From an uncultured delta proteobacterium (GTDB lineage: Bacteria > Myxococcota_A > Polyangia > Polyangiales > Polyangiaceae), in contig CAWDXG010000001.1 in assembly GCA_963806225.1 (NCBI GenBank), forward strand, positions 1,088,001 to 1,152,000: 64,000 nucleotides of DNA. Direction: 5' to 3'. The notes under the pieces are model-generated. The model searched no databases and was not told where the DNA came from. It saw only the letters and a program-made list of their open reading frames with translations. Below, in pieces: positions 1 through 8,439 of the stretch. Both the position numbers and the translations under genes were made by a program. Position 1 is the stretch's first letter. Each line of letters starts with the position of its first letter.

Positions 1-295
1 TCGTGTTTCGTTCTACCTCTTCAGAGTTCCTTCACCCACTCTCCCGACCGCACCTGTTCGGTAGCAGCCTCCACCTGTCAGGGTTTTTTGGCCCTCTTCG
101 CGGCATCACTTGGAGTTGCCGTGGCCGCCCGGAAGGCGGCGCTCCCGCACGGCATGCCGTCCCCAGGTTTTCTCAACCTCCCGACGGATCGCCGATTCCT
201 CCAGCTGCGTGGACCTATTTCATCCCACAGCCACGTCCAGGGTTCCTCTGGACCTGCATGCGACCCGGCGAACCATTCGCCGACCGCCAGACGTC
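1..295 (-). ncRNA. Putative structured non-coding RNA (5' portion; continues beyond left edge)
   Basis: No credible CDS. Consecutive paired elements at 266-282, 235-253, 209-228, 157-187, 124-140 and 71-103, with A-rich loops on the minus strand. Sigma-54-type promoter immediately upstream at 306-321. Confidence 0.6.
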
Positions 296-305
296 GGGGG
301 AGTGT

Positions 306-321
306 AGCAGGGACCGTGCCA
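306..321 (-). promoter_or_regulatory. Sigma-54 (-24/-12) promoter candidate pointing at the non-coding element
   Basis: Minus strand reads TGGCACGGTCCCTGCT (GG-N10-GC); predicted start near 295. Confidence 0.6.
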
Positions 322-531
322 TCGACTGCTTTGTCGCATGCGCGCGGACTCCGCTGCGCCAGAACTGCGCTCTGCCGGTCACGCGACAACGCCGGGCGTC
401 GAGCGCCTGTCGACGCCGTTGCTTGCGCAGCGGCGGATCGGACGAGCGCGCCATCGATGCGCGCCGAGACCGTGCCCTCGCAGAGTCTGCAGCGAAAAGG
501 CGCACCCGGGACCGGATACGACAGGTCCACG

Positions 532-547
532 TGGCACGCCGGGTGCA
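532..547 (+). promoter_or_regulatory. Sigma-54 promoter candidate for HPF-CSD/CBS genes
   Basis: TGGCACGCCGGGTGCA (GG-N10-GC); predicted start about 558, next to the ATG at 560. Confidence 0.6.
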
Positions 548-559
548 CCGATTGTCGTC

Positions 560-1132
560 ATGCAAATCCCTCTGCAGGTCACCTTCCGTGGCCTTCCCCC
601 CTCCGACGCTTTCGAGGCCAGGATCCGGGAACGGGCCAGCAAGCTCGAACGCTTCCACGGTCGCATCACCAGCTGTCACGTGGTCGTCGAAGCGGCACAC
701 CGCCACCGTCACAAGGGCAACCTGTACAACGTGCGCATCGATCTGAGGGTGCCCGGCGGCGAACTGGTCGTCAGCCGCGAACCCCCGGAGTGCGACTCGC
801 ACCAGGACCCCTACGTTGCGCTCCGCGACGCCTTCGACGCCGCTGTGCGCCAGCTCGAGGACCATCTGCGTCGGCAGCGCGGAAAGGTGAAGAACCACGA
901 GATACCAGCGCACGGGCGCGTGCTCGGCACGTCGTTGGTCGACGGCTATGGTTTCCTCGAGACGCCGGAGGGCGTCGAGGTGTACTTCCACGAGAACGCA
1001 GTCGTCGACGGGTCGTTCGCCGAGCTCGCTCCCGGTTCCCAGGTCCGCTTCGTCCTCGCGGAAGGCGAGGGCGAGCAGGGGCCACAAGCCAGCAGCGTGC
1101 AACCGGTGGGCAAGCATCACATTGTGGGCTAG
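560..1132 (+). CDS. hpf: HPF/RaiA-family ribosome hibernation protein fused to a cold-shock (CSD) domain
   Basis: N-terminal MQIPLQVTFRGL...DPYVALRDAFDAAVRQL (S30AE/HPF fold); C-terminal GYGFLETPEGVEVYFH...GPQASSV (CSD RNP1/RNP2 motifs). Confidence 0.9.
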   Translation: MQIPLQVTFRGLPPSDAFEARIRERASKLERFHGRITSCHVVVEAAHRHRHKGNLYNVRIDLRVPGGELVVSREPPECDSHQDPYVALRDAFDAAVRQLEDHLRRQRGKVKNHEIPAHGRVLGTSLVDGYGFLETPEGVEVYFHENAVVDGSFAELAPGSQVRFVLAEGEGEQGPQASSVQPVGKHHIVG

Positions 1133-1174
1133 GACAACACGTGGCGTGCTTCGGAGTTGCCAGGAGGTAGCAGG

Positions 1175-1585
1175 ATGGTCGTCGAGGAACTGATGAGTAG
1201 CAATCCCTTCGCCGTGTCGGTCGACGAGACCATCGGTGAAGTCCTGAACAAGCTTATGGAGGCCGACGTGCGGCACCTTCCTGTCGTGGAGGATGGCGCG
1301 CTGGTCGGCATCATTAGCGACCGCGACCTCAGAGCCTTCTCGCCTGCGGCAATCGCCGAGTTCGACCATCCAGGAGAAGTTGCCGCGCGCCTGGCGCAAC
1401 CGATCAGCAGCGTGATGAGCAGCGACGTGTTGTCGGTGAGCGCCGGTACGGACGTGACCGATGTGGTCGACATCATGCTCGAGCAGCGCATCGGCGCGGT
1501 TCCCGTCGTTGAACCCGACAGCTCGAGGCTCATCGGCATTGTGAGCTACATGGACGTGCTCAGGGCGGCGCGCGACAGCCTGTAG
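1175..1585 (+). CDS. CBS-domain pair protein
   Basis: VRHLPVVEDGALVGIISDRDL and IGAVPVV...LIGIVSYMDVL; AGGAGG RBS upstream. Confidence 0.9.
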   Translation: MVVEELMSSNPFAVSVDETIGEVLNKLMEADVRHLPVVEDGALVGIISDRDLRAFSPAAIAEFDHPGEVAARLAQPISSVMSSDVLSVSAGTDVTDVVDIMLEQRIGAVPVVEPDSSRLIGIVSYMDVLRAARDSL

Positions 1586-1589
1586 GTTC

Positions 1590-2762
1590 TCAGCGCGAAG
1601 TTGTGATCGCGGGCGGCCGCAGGGTGTTGAGCAGCGCGCCGGGGTCCTCGTCGCCGAAGCAGAGTCCGAGGTCCCGCCCGGTCTGTAGCAGGTCGGAGTC
1701 CAGGGGCACCGTGCGGACCCCGCGGGTTGCTTCTTCCAGGTCCACGAGCTCGATGCGCTGACCGCGGACCGACACTAGTCCGCTCTGGTTGGTCGTCGCA
1801 AGGAAGCGCGTGGCCGCGCAGCCCAGCTGCTGCGCGAGGACGCGATCGGACATCACCGGGCTGCCGCCGCGCTGCAGGTGACCGAGCACCAGGCTCCGCG
1901 TCTCCTTGCCGGTGCGATCCGCGATCTGGCGTGCCAGAACCTCGGCGATCCCGCCCAGCCGCGCATGTTCGTGGAAGGCGTCCTTGTCGCCCTGGAACAC
2001 CATGCCGCCGCCCAGCGGCCGGGCGCCCTCGGCGACGACGACGATCGAGAAGTGCCGGCCGATGGCTTCCCGACGCTGGATCTTCTCGCACACGCGGTCC
2101 AGGTCGTAGGGGATCTCCGGGATCAGCACGACATCCGCGCCGCCTGCGATGCCGGACTCCAGCGCGATCCAACCCGCGTAGCGCCCCATGACCTCCACGA
2201 CCATGACGCGCTCGTGCGACTGCGCCGTGGTGTGGATCTTGTCGATGGCGTCGGTGGCGGTGGCCACGGCCGTGGTAAACCCGAACGTCACGTCCGTGCC
2301 GGTTAGATCGTTGTCGATGGTCTTCGGAACCGCCATCACGCGCGGCAGGCCCCGCTCCAGCAGACGGCTCGCCAGCTTGATCGATCCGTCGCCGCCGATC
2401 GCCACCAGCGCGTCGAAACCGAGCTCGCGGAAGCGCCGGATGAGGCGGGACGAGACGTCCTTTGGAACGAGAGCGCCACCCTGCAGCACAGGGTAGTGGA
2501 AGGGATCATTGCGGCTGGCGGCGCCGAGGATGCTGCCTCCCTGGTGCATGATGCCGCGCACCGCGTCGCGGTCCAGGCGCGTGATGCCGGGGCTTCCGTC
2601 GGGGGCCTGCTCCTCCAGAAGGCCCCGGTAGCCATAGCGGATCCCCCAGACTTCCCAGCCCCGCGCGTGCGCGCTGAGCGCGACCGCGCGGATCACGGCG
2701 TTCAGGCCCGGTGCGTCGCCGCCGCCCGTGTTGACGGCAATCCTGCGGATCGAATCGGTCAT
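1590..2762 (-). CDS. pfkA: 6-phosphofructokinase (PfkA family)
   Basis: TGGGDAPGLNAVIRAV, IGGDGS, PKTIDND, EVMGRYAGW and LGHLQRGG motifs. Confidence 0.93.
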   Translation of the reverse strand: MTDSIRRIAVNTGGGDAPGLNAVIRAVALSAHARGWEVWGIRYGYRGLLEEQAPDGSPGITRLDRDAVRGIMHQGGSILGAASRNDPFHYPVLQGGALVPKDVSSRLIRRFRELGFDALVAIGGDGSIKLASRLLERGLPRVMAVPKTIDNDLTGTDVTFGFTTAVATATDAIDKIHTTAQSHERVMVVEVMGRYAGWIALESGIAGGADVVLIPEIPYDLDRVCEKIQRREAIGRHFSIVVVAEGARPLGGGMVFQGDKDAFHEHARLGGIAEVLARQIADRTGKETRSLVLGHLQRGGSPVMSDRVLAQQLGCAATRFLATTNQSGLVSVRGQRIELVDLEEATRGVRTVPLDSDLLQTGRDLGLCFGDEDPGALLNTLRPPAITTSR

Positions 2763-2942
2763 CGCTGCCCTCCGATGCACGGCGTGTTCCGGCCTTCCGG
2801 CAGATGGCGCGCCGTGCCACAGCGTGCTGTGGAAGGGTGGTCGTACGCAAGCGTTGCCGAACATTCTCGAGCGTAACGCACGCGCTGCGTGCGGACGGCG
2901 CGTCGCCGTGCAGGGGCAGCGGCGATCGCGGTGATAGGCCCG

Positions 2943-2958
2943 CGGCACGGAACCTGCA
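2943..2958 (+). promoter_or_regulatory. Sigma-54 promoter candidate
   Basis: CGGCACGGAACCTGCA upstream of the CDS at 3006. Confidence 0.45.
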
Positions 2959-3005
2959 GCGCGTTCCGCGGCGCATCGAGACGCGCCGGGAGGGGATGCA
3001 CGACA

Positions 3006-3512
3006 ATGCTGGAGCAGAGCCGCGAAGAGGTTGTGTTGGTGATCATGGAGCACGGGTCCACCTGGCCCTCTTGGGTCGAGGAATGTCGCACCCGCACACC
3101 CGACGCGATCGTCATCGCCCAGCAGAACGACGAAGCGCCCGCCGAATTGGCGCTACGCGTCATGCATCGGCTCGGGGTGCTCGAGGCCCGGGGCCGGACC
3201 GTCGCGACCTCGGTTCTGGCTGCGGGCGACGGCAGCGACGACGAGATCTTCGAAGCGCGCTGCCGGGTTGCTCGTGCTCTGCTCGATCACATGTCGTCGC
3301 AGGGCAGCAGTGGGGGCCTGGTGTTTGCCGGACACGGGGCGGGCTATGCAGAAGGCCGACACGAGCTGATGTCGCTGGCGGGCACGCTCATGGACCAGCT
3401 CGCCGGCACCGAGCTCTCGATCGGGCTGCGCTTCGGCTACGCGGACGCGCCGGATTCGGGGTTGTGGGCGTGTGGGGCCGACCGCCCCGATGCCGAGCCC
3501 AGCGCGGCCTGA
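3006..3512 (+). CDS. Hypothetical protein
   Basis: Protein-like composition, GGAGG upstream, no recognised motif. Confidence 0.7.
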   Translation: MLEQSREEVVLVIMEHGSTWPSWVEECRTRTPDAIVIAQQNDEAPAELALRVMHRLGVLEARGRTVATSVLAAGDGSDDEIFEARCRVARALLDHMSSQGSSGGLVFAGHGAGYAEGRHELMSLAGTLMDQLAGTELSIGLRFGYADAPDSGLWACGADRPDAEPSAA

Positions 3513-3524
3513 CGCGCGCGACCG

Positions 3525-4670
3525 CTACTGCACGATCACGAGCGACATCTCCACGACGCGCACCTTGTTGGCGCGGGCGACGCGCACCTTGACCTGCTCG
3601 CCTGGCTTGCGCCCGTCGAGCGTGTTGTACAGCTGGTCGTAATCGGTGATGGGTTTGCCGTCGATGCCGACGATGACGTCGCCGATCTCGAAACCGCCGG
3701 CCGTGCGGCGGATCCCCTGGAGCCCGGCCTTGTCCGCGGGACTGCCGGGCACCACATCGAGCACGACCACCCCCCGGAGCCCCAGCCGCCGCTCCAGTCG
3801 TCCCAGGGGATCGATCTGGATCCCGAGGCCGACCTGCTGCGCCCTGCCCGTCTTGATGATCTGCGGCACGATGCGCAGGATGAAGCGCGCGGGCACTGCG
3901 AAGCCGATGCCGGCCCAGGCGCCGCTCTTCGAGAAGATCATCGTGTTCATGCCGATGAGCTCGCCCGCGCTGTCGAGCAGCGGTCCGCCCGAGTTGCCCG
4001 GATTGATGGCCGCGTCGGTCTGGATCATGTCGTGGATGGTGACGCCGCCCACGCCCTGCACCCCGCGCCCCAGCGCGCTGACGATCCCGGTCGTGAGCGT
4101 GTGATCGAGGCCGAACGGGTTGCCGATCGCGATCACCTTCTGACCGACCACCAGCTGCGGCGGCTCCTTTCCGTGGAGGATCGGGTGCAGCTTCTCGTGC
4201 GGCGCGTCGATGTGCAGCACCGCGATGTCCTTGCGCGGTTCCACGCCCACGATGGACGCATCGTAGGTGTGCTGGTCCTCCAGCGTGACGGTGAGCCGCT
4301 TCGCGCCCTGCACGACGTGGAAATTGGTGACGATGTGCCCCTGGTCGTCCCAGACGAAGCCGGAGCCGGAGCCGGCCGGCACGTCGAGCGCCTGGCCGTG
4401 GAAGTAGTCGAACACCGTCTTGTGCTGCGAGACGAAGACCGCGGAGGGTGCGGCGCGCCCGAACACGGCGATCGTGTTCTTCTCGTCCTCCGTCCGCGCC
4501 CCCGGGGGCAACGGAGCGACCTCTGCTGCCGGCGGAGGAGTGGGGGCCGCGGTCTTCGCGGGGGAGGAATGCGCCGCGGTGGGCGCCGGGGTGTGCTTGC
4601 AGCCGCCGGCCGTGAGCCCGACAAGCAGCAGCAACAGGGAGAGGTAGAAGGGGTGGGTCCGGGGGAACAT
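3525..4670 (-). CDS. HtrA/DegP-like serine protease with PDZ domain (lipoprotein)
   Basis: Lipobox-like TAGGC; GSGSGF, VTNFHVV, DIAVL, IQTDAAINPGNSGGPL; C-terminal PDZ. Confidence 0.93.
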   Translation of the reverse strand: MFPRTHPFYLSLLLLLVGLTAGGCKHTPAPTAAHSSPAKTAAPTPPPAAEVAPLPPGARTEDEKNTIAVFGRAAPSAVFVSQHKTVFDYFHGQALDVPAGSGSGFVWDDQGHIVTNFHVVQGAKRLTVTLEDQHTYDASIVGVEPRKDIAVLHIDAPHEKLHPILHGKEPPQLVVGQKVIAIGNPFGLDHTLTTGIVSALGRGVQGVGGVTIHDMIQTDAAINPGNSGGPLLDSAGELIGMNTMIFSKSGAWAGIGFAVPARFILRIVPQIIKTGRAQQVGLGIQIDPLGRLERRLGLRGVVVLDVVPGSPADKAGLQGIRRTAGGFEIGDVIVGIDGKPITDYDQLYNTLDGRKPGEQVKVRVARANKVRVVEMSLVIVQ

Positions 4671-4748
4671 GGTGCCGCCCTACATGCCGCGCGCAGCGCG
4701 TCGGCGCAACGACTCGCATCCTCCCCGTTGTGGGTGCAGACTCCCCGC

Positions 4749-5096
4749 GTGGGTGACGAACGCCGCTACGAGGTCATCGACCAGGAGCGCTGGCTCTACC
4801 GGCTGGAGCACCAGGACACCGAGGATTTCGACCGCCTGAAGTTCGCCATCCGGGTGCTTGGCGTGCTGGAGCCACCGGGAATGAAAGTCGCCGTCTACCG
4901 CAGGAAGCTCGACTTGCGCGTGGAGAGCGGACGCGATCTGGCCGGCGGCCCAGAAGCCAGCTGGGCCATCGTCGGCATCCCGTCGAACGCCAGCCGCCGC
5001 GCCATCGCCTATGCGCTGGCCGAGCTCGCGGGACAGGCGTCGGTGCCGTTCCTCGTGGACGTGCTGGTCCAGAGCGCGTCACGCCGGGTGAGCTGA
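4749..5096 (+). CDS. Hypothetical protein
   Basis: 3' part of ORF 4032-5096 with normal composition; GTG start preceded by CAGACT-N6. Confidence 0.65.
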   Translation: MGDERRYEVIDQERWLYRLEHQDTEDFDRLKFAIRVLGVLEPPGMKVAVYRRKLDLRVESGRDLAGGPEASWAIVGIPSNASRRAIAYALAELAGQASVPFLVDVLVQSASRRVS

Positions 5097-5138
5097 ACGT
5101 CTCCCGCTCATTTCCACGCGTCATACGGGGGCCCGGCA

Positions 5139-5154
5139 CGGCATGGTCTGTGCA
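5139..5154 (+). promoter_or_regulatory. Sigma-54 promoter candidate
   Basis: CGGCATGGTCTGTGCA upstream of the CDS at 5183. Confidence 0.4.
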
Positions 5155-5182
5155 GGACCACCGTGAGCAGGGGAGGCGGGTG

Positions 5183-5545
5183 ATGTCGACGAGAGAGGTG
5201 TTGCGGGAGGAGTGGGGCGCGTTCTTCGACGCATTCAGCGGCGCGCACAGGGGCTGGCTGGTTTCGCTGGAGGTGTTCGCGGGCGAGCAGGGTGCTCAAC
5301 GGGAGGTGAGGGATCTGCCGCTCGAGGGAATCAGTGCGGACTTCGAAGCGGGCGCTACCCAGCTTACGATCTCGGTCGGGGGACGTCCGGAGCAACACAT
5401 CACGCACACTGTGAGCGCTCCGCTCCACGTCTGGATCAAGAGCGACGAGGACGCCGCGGAGGACACCCTGGAGCTCGAGACTCGACAAGGCGTCACGCTG
5501 CTACGCGTGCGCCAGCCGACATCCGATCGCCACAACGCGGCCTGA
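5183..5545 (+). CDS. DUF5335-like protein
   Basis: EEWGAFFDAFS..H.GWLVSLEV...GAQ.EVRDLPLEGISAD pattern recalled for this family. Confidence 0.7.
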   Translation: MSTREVLREEWGAFFDAFSGAHRGWLVSLEVFAGEQGAQREVRDLPLEGISADFEAGATQLTISVGGRPEQHITHTVSAPLHVWIKSDEDAAEDTLELETRQGVTLLRVRQPTSDRHNAA

Positions 5546-5717
5546 GTGGGCGCGCGTCGCGCAGCGGAGGCTTGCGATCCGTCAATGTGCGCCTGGTGCC
5601 GCATCCCTGTCGTGACGCATCGCAAGTGGGCACGCCGACGGCGCGAAGCTTTCGCGACGTCCGCGCTCCAACGCAGAGCGTGCGCGCGTGCCGGGCGCTT
5701 GAAAGCCGCTGGGCGGA

Positions 5718-5733
5718 AGGCACGCGAGTTGCA
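5718..5733 (+). promoter_or_regulatory. Sigma-54 promoter candidate for the FAD monooxygenase
   Basis: AGGCACGCGAGTTGCA, a near-consensus -24/-12 element. Confidence 0.55.
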
Positions 5734-5816
5734 CGGTTGAACGACAGAGGTTCACCAAACCAGCCTCGGCATGCCCGGAATCGCTGGGCGTGGGAATCCC
5801 AGCGCGGAGTCCGACC

Positions 5817-7020
5817 ATGAAGAAGACAACCGAAGTGCTCGTCGTCGGCGGCGGTCCAGTCGGGATGTACACGGCACTGGCGCTCGCGGAGCGCGGGCTC
5901 GACGTGCAGATCGTCGACAAGGACAACCAGGGGGCCGCCCACAGCTACGGTCTGGCGCTGCATCCGCAATCGCTGCGCCTGCTCGACGAGCTGGGAGTCG
6001 CCCGGCACCTGTTGCAGGCGGGGCAGCGCATCGTGCGCCAGGTCTTCTACGATGGCGAAAAGCCCGCAATCTCGCTCGACTTCGGCGTCGTCGATGACGC
6101 ATTCCCCTACGTGCTCGTGGTCCCGCAGACCGCTCTGGAAGACGTGCTGGAGAGGGCCCTCGTCAAGCGCGGCATCCGCGTGCTGCGTGATCACCAGGCG
6201 CTCTCCGTCGAAAGCCACCCCGACTTCGTCGAGGTGGAGGTCGCGCGGATGGACAAGGCGTCGGTCGGTTATGGCGTCGCCCACACCGAGGCGAGCCTGG
6301 ATCGCATCTACAAGGTCCGCGCGGACTACGTGATCGGCGCCGATGGCTACGAATCGTTCGTCCGTCGCACCCAGCGCATTCCGGTCGAGAAAGTGCGCGC
6401 GACGCAATGGTTTGCCGTGTTCGAGTTCCCTCTGGAAATGAAGTTCACGGATGAGTCCCGCGTCGTCCTGCAGCAGACAACGAGCAGCGTCGTCTGGCCT
6501 CTGGGCCCCGCTCGCGGGCGCTGGGGCTTCGAGGTCGCCGAATCGCATGCCGCGCCAGGGCCGCAGGAGTTCGGCGAGCTTCTGGCCGCCCGCGCCCCGT
6601 GGTTCGGGCCCGCGCCCAGCGATCTCGGTCTGGTCGAGCACCGTGCGTTTCGAGCAGTATCTGGTGGACCGCTATGGTCAGGGCCGGGTCTGGCTCGTGG
6701 GAGACGCGGCCCACGGGACGAGCCCGGTCGGCGTCCAGAGCATGAACATCGGGTTCCGCGAGGCGCACGACCTCGTCCAGCGTCTGTCCGCCACTCGCGC
6801 GCGCAGCACGGACCGGGATCTCCTACACGGCTACAACGAGCGCTGGCGCGGAGAATGGCGGTCGATGCTCGGACTGTCGACCCGGCTGGCCTCGTCGGAC
6901 GACTCCGCGGCCTGGGCTGCGCGGAACGCCGAGCGGCTGTTGTCCTGCATTCCCGCTTCGGGCCACGACCTGACGCGACTGCTAGAGGAGCTGCATCTGG
7001 ATCTCCGCCCAGCGGCGTGA
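5817..7020 (+). CDS. FAD-dependent monooxygenase (UbiH/PheA-like), split by a +1 indel near 6627
   Basis: VVGGGPVG and IGADG in one frame; GRVWLVGDAAHGTSPVGVQSMNIG in the next frame. Removing one G in ctcggtc joins them. Confidence 0.85.
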
Positions 7021-7079
7021 CGCGTCGCGTCCGCCCACCGGGAACGCCGGTTCTGGGCGTCCGACCGGTGGAGGGGAAC

Positions 7080-7535
7080 ATGGATCGCGAAAGCTACACG
7101 CAGGCCGAGGTTGCAGGGCGTCTGTGGGCGGAGCAGAAGGCGGATATGCTCCGCGGCAACATCCCGGCGATGGACTGGCCGGAGCTCTGGCTGGAAAAGT
7201 GGGCCGGCAAGCTGCCGTTCGACGCGAGCAGCGTCGCGCCACGCGACCGGGCGGCGCTGCTCGCCGCAGCCAACGTCGCCGCGGCGCGCCGCTGGGGCGA
7301 GCTCGTCGAGCAGTGCCGCGAGAGCGAGGACGTGCTGGACGAGGAGACGGACGAGGAAGCCGACGCCGTCCAGCTCTACGAAGCCGTGCGCGCGGGGCTG
7401 CCCCGGGGTCTCGTGGCAGGGCGCGATGGTCCTCGCGTCTATCTCGAGGATACACTGCACGGCACGGAGCACACCGTCCGCTCGCTTGAAGACGCCTGGC
7501 GGGTGGTCGAGGAATGGCGGGAACGGCACGCATGA
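7080..7535 (+). CDS. Hypothetical protein
   Basis: GGAGGGG RBS; stop overlaps the next ATG (ATGA). Confidence 0.7.
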   Translation: MDRESYTQAEVAGRLWAEQKADMLRGNIPAMDWPELWLEKWAGKLPFDASSVAPRDRAALLAAANVAAARRWGELVEQCRESEDVLDEETDEEADAVQLYEAVRAGLPRGLVAGRDGPRVYLEDTLHGTEHTVRSLEDAWRVVEEWRERHA

Positions 7536-8386
7536 CGGGAAAGGGCGCAGGCATGAGCACCGACAAGTTCTTCCGGGGGCCGCGCGTCACCATGACGACA
7601 AGCGAGGGCCGGGTCGAGTTGCCCATCGAGTACCGGGATGCCACGGCGACCACGGCGGTGTTTGCCGTCCAGCCCGAGCGGGCGCGGCCGTTGCTCCACG
7701 ACAGCGGCCTCGTGCCGCTGCTATTCCGCGGGCGGACCGCGGCCGTGGCGATCAGCTGGTTCGACTATCGCGACACGTCGATCGGCCCGTACCACGAGCT
7801 GTCGATCGCGGTGCTGGCGCATCACCCTCTGGACGCGCCGCGCTCTGCGTTGCTGGGCCTGTTGCGAGGCGGGGGAGCCGTCGGCGGGCACATCCTGCAT
7901 CTGCCGGTCACCACCGAGATCGCCTGCGCTGGAGGCCGCGAGCTGTGGGGGTATCCGAAGTTCGTTGCCGAGATGCCGATCGGGGTTTCGGGCGGCAGGA
8001 TGGAGGGCGCGCTGGTGCACGACGGCCAGCGCGTGCTGTCGATGCAGATCCCGGTGCCCGGCGGGCCCGGGCTGCCGATGCCGGACCTGAACACTCTCAG
8101 CGTGCTCGACGACAGATTGATCCGCACGCGGATCGCGACACACTGCCGGACCCGCCTCGCACGGGGAAACGGCGTGGAGCTCGTTCTGGAGCAGCCCGGA
8201 CATCCGGTCTGTCGCACGCTCGCCTCGCTGGGGCTGCCGTCCAGGGCGACGCTCGTGCTGCATTCGGACCCGTTCCTCTCGCTCCTGCCGCTGGGCTTGG
8301 CCGTGGCCGATGCGGCGCGCGGGAGCCGGCTCGGCGAGCGAGCATCGGCTGGAACGGCGGAGGCCGCGACACACCGCACGGCGTAG
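7532..8386 (+). CDS. Acetoacetate decarboxylase-like family protein
   Basis: WFDYRDTSIGPYHELSI and LPVTTEIACAGGRELWGYPK (Schiff-base Lys motif). Alternative start at 7553. Confidence 0.8.
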   Translation: MTGKGAGMSTDKFFRGPRVTMTTSEGRVELPIEYRDATATTAVFAVQPERARPLLHDSGLVPLLFRGRTAAVAISWFDYRDTSIGPYHELSIAVLAHHPLDAPRSALLGLLRGGGAVGGHILHLPVTTEIACAGGRELWGYPKFVAEMPIGVSGGRMEGALVHDGQRVLSMQIPVPGGPGLPMPDLNTLSVLDDRLIRTRIATHCRTRLARGNGVELVLEQPGHPVCRTLASLGLPSRATLVLHSDPFLSLLPLGLAVADAARGSRLGERASAGTAEAATHRTA

Positions 8387-8439
8387 TCGCAGGTTTTTCC
8401 CGGCGTGCCGCGCCCGAGCCGCTACACTCGTCGGCGAGG

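Noticed and set aside
1..295. Naming the element as the raiA-motif RNA, or as rRNA, tRNA or RNase P
   Set aside because: It is on the opposite strand from the HPF gene and I could not recognise conserved sequence of those RNAs. A covariance-model search is needed.
3..746. ORFs 3-746, 78-548, 88-1170 and 110-307 over the left non-coding element
   Set aside because: Arg/Pro/Ser-rich, with no motifs or RBS; better explained as shadow ORFs over structured RNA and promoter DNA.
2776..2791. Sigma-54 site before pfkA (CGGAACACGCCGTGCA on the minus strand)
   Set aside because: Weak -24 match, and the predicted start would exclude the GGAGGG RBS.
5790..7535. Apparent 581-aa monooxygenase fusion
   Set aside because: Artefact of the indel near 6627, which puts the monooxygenase N-terminal half in frame with the separate gene at 7080.
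7111..8439. N-terminal extension making a 1048-aa radical SAM protein
   Set aside because: Low-complexity read-through overlapping two real genes; homology starts at 8440.
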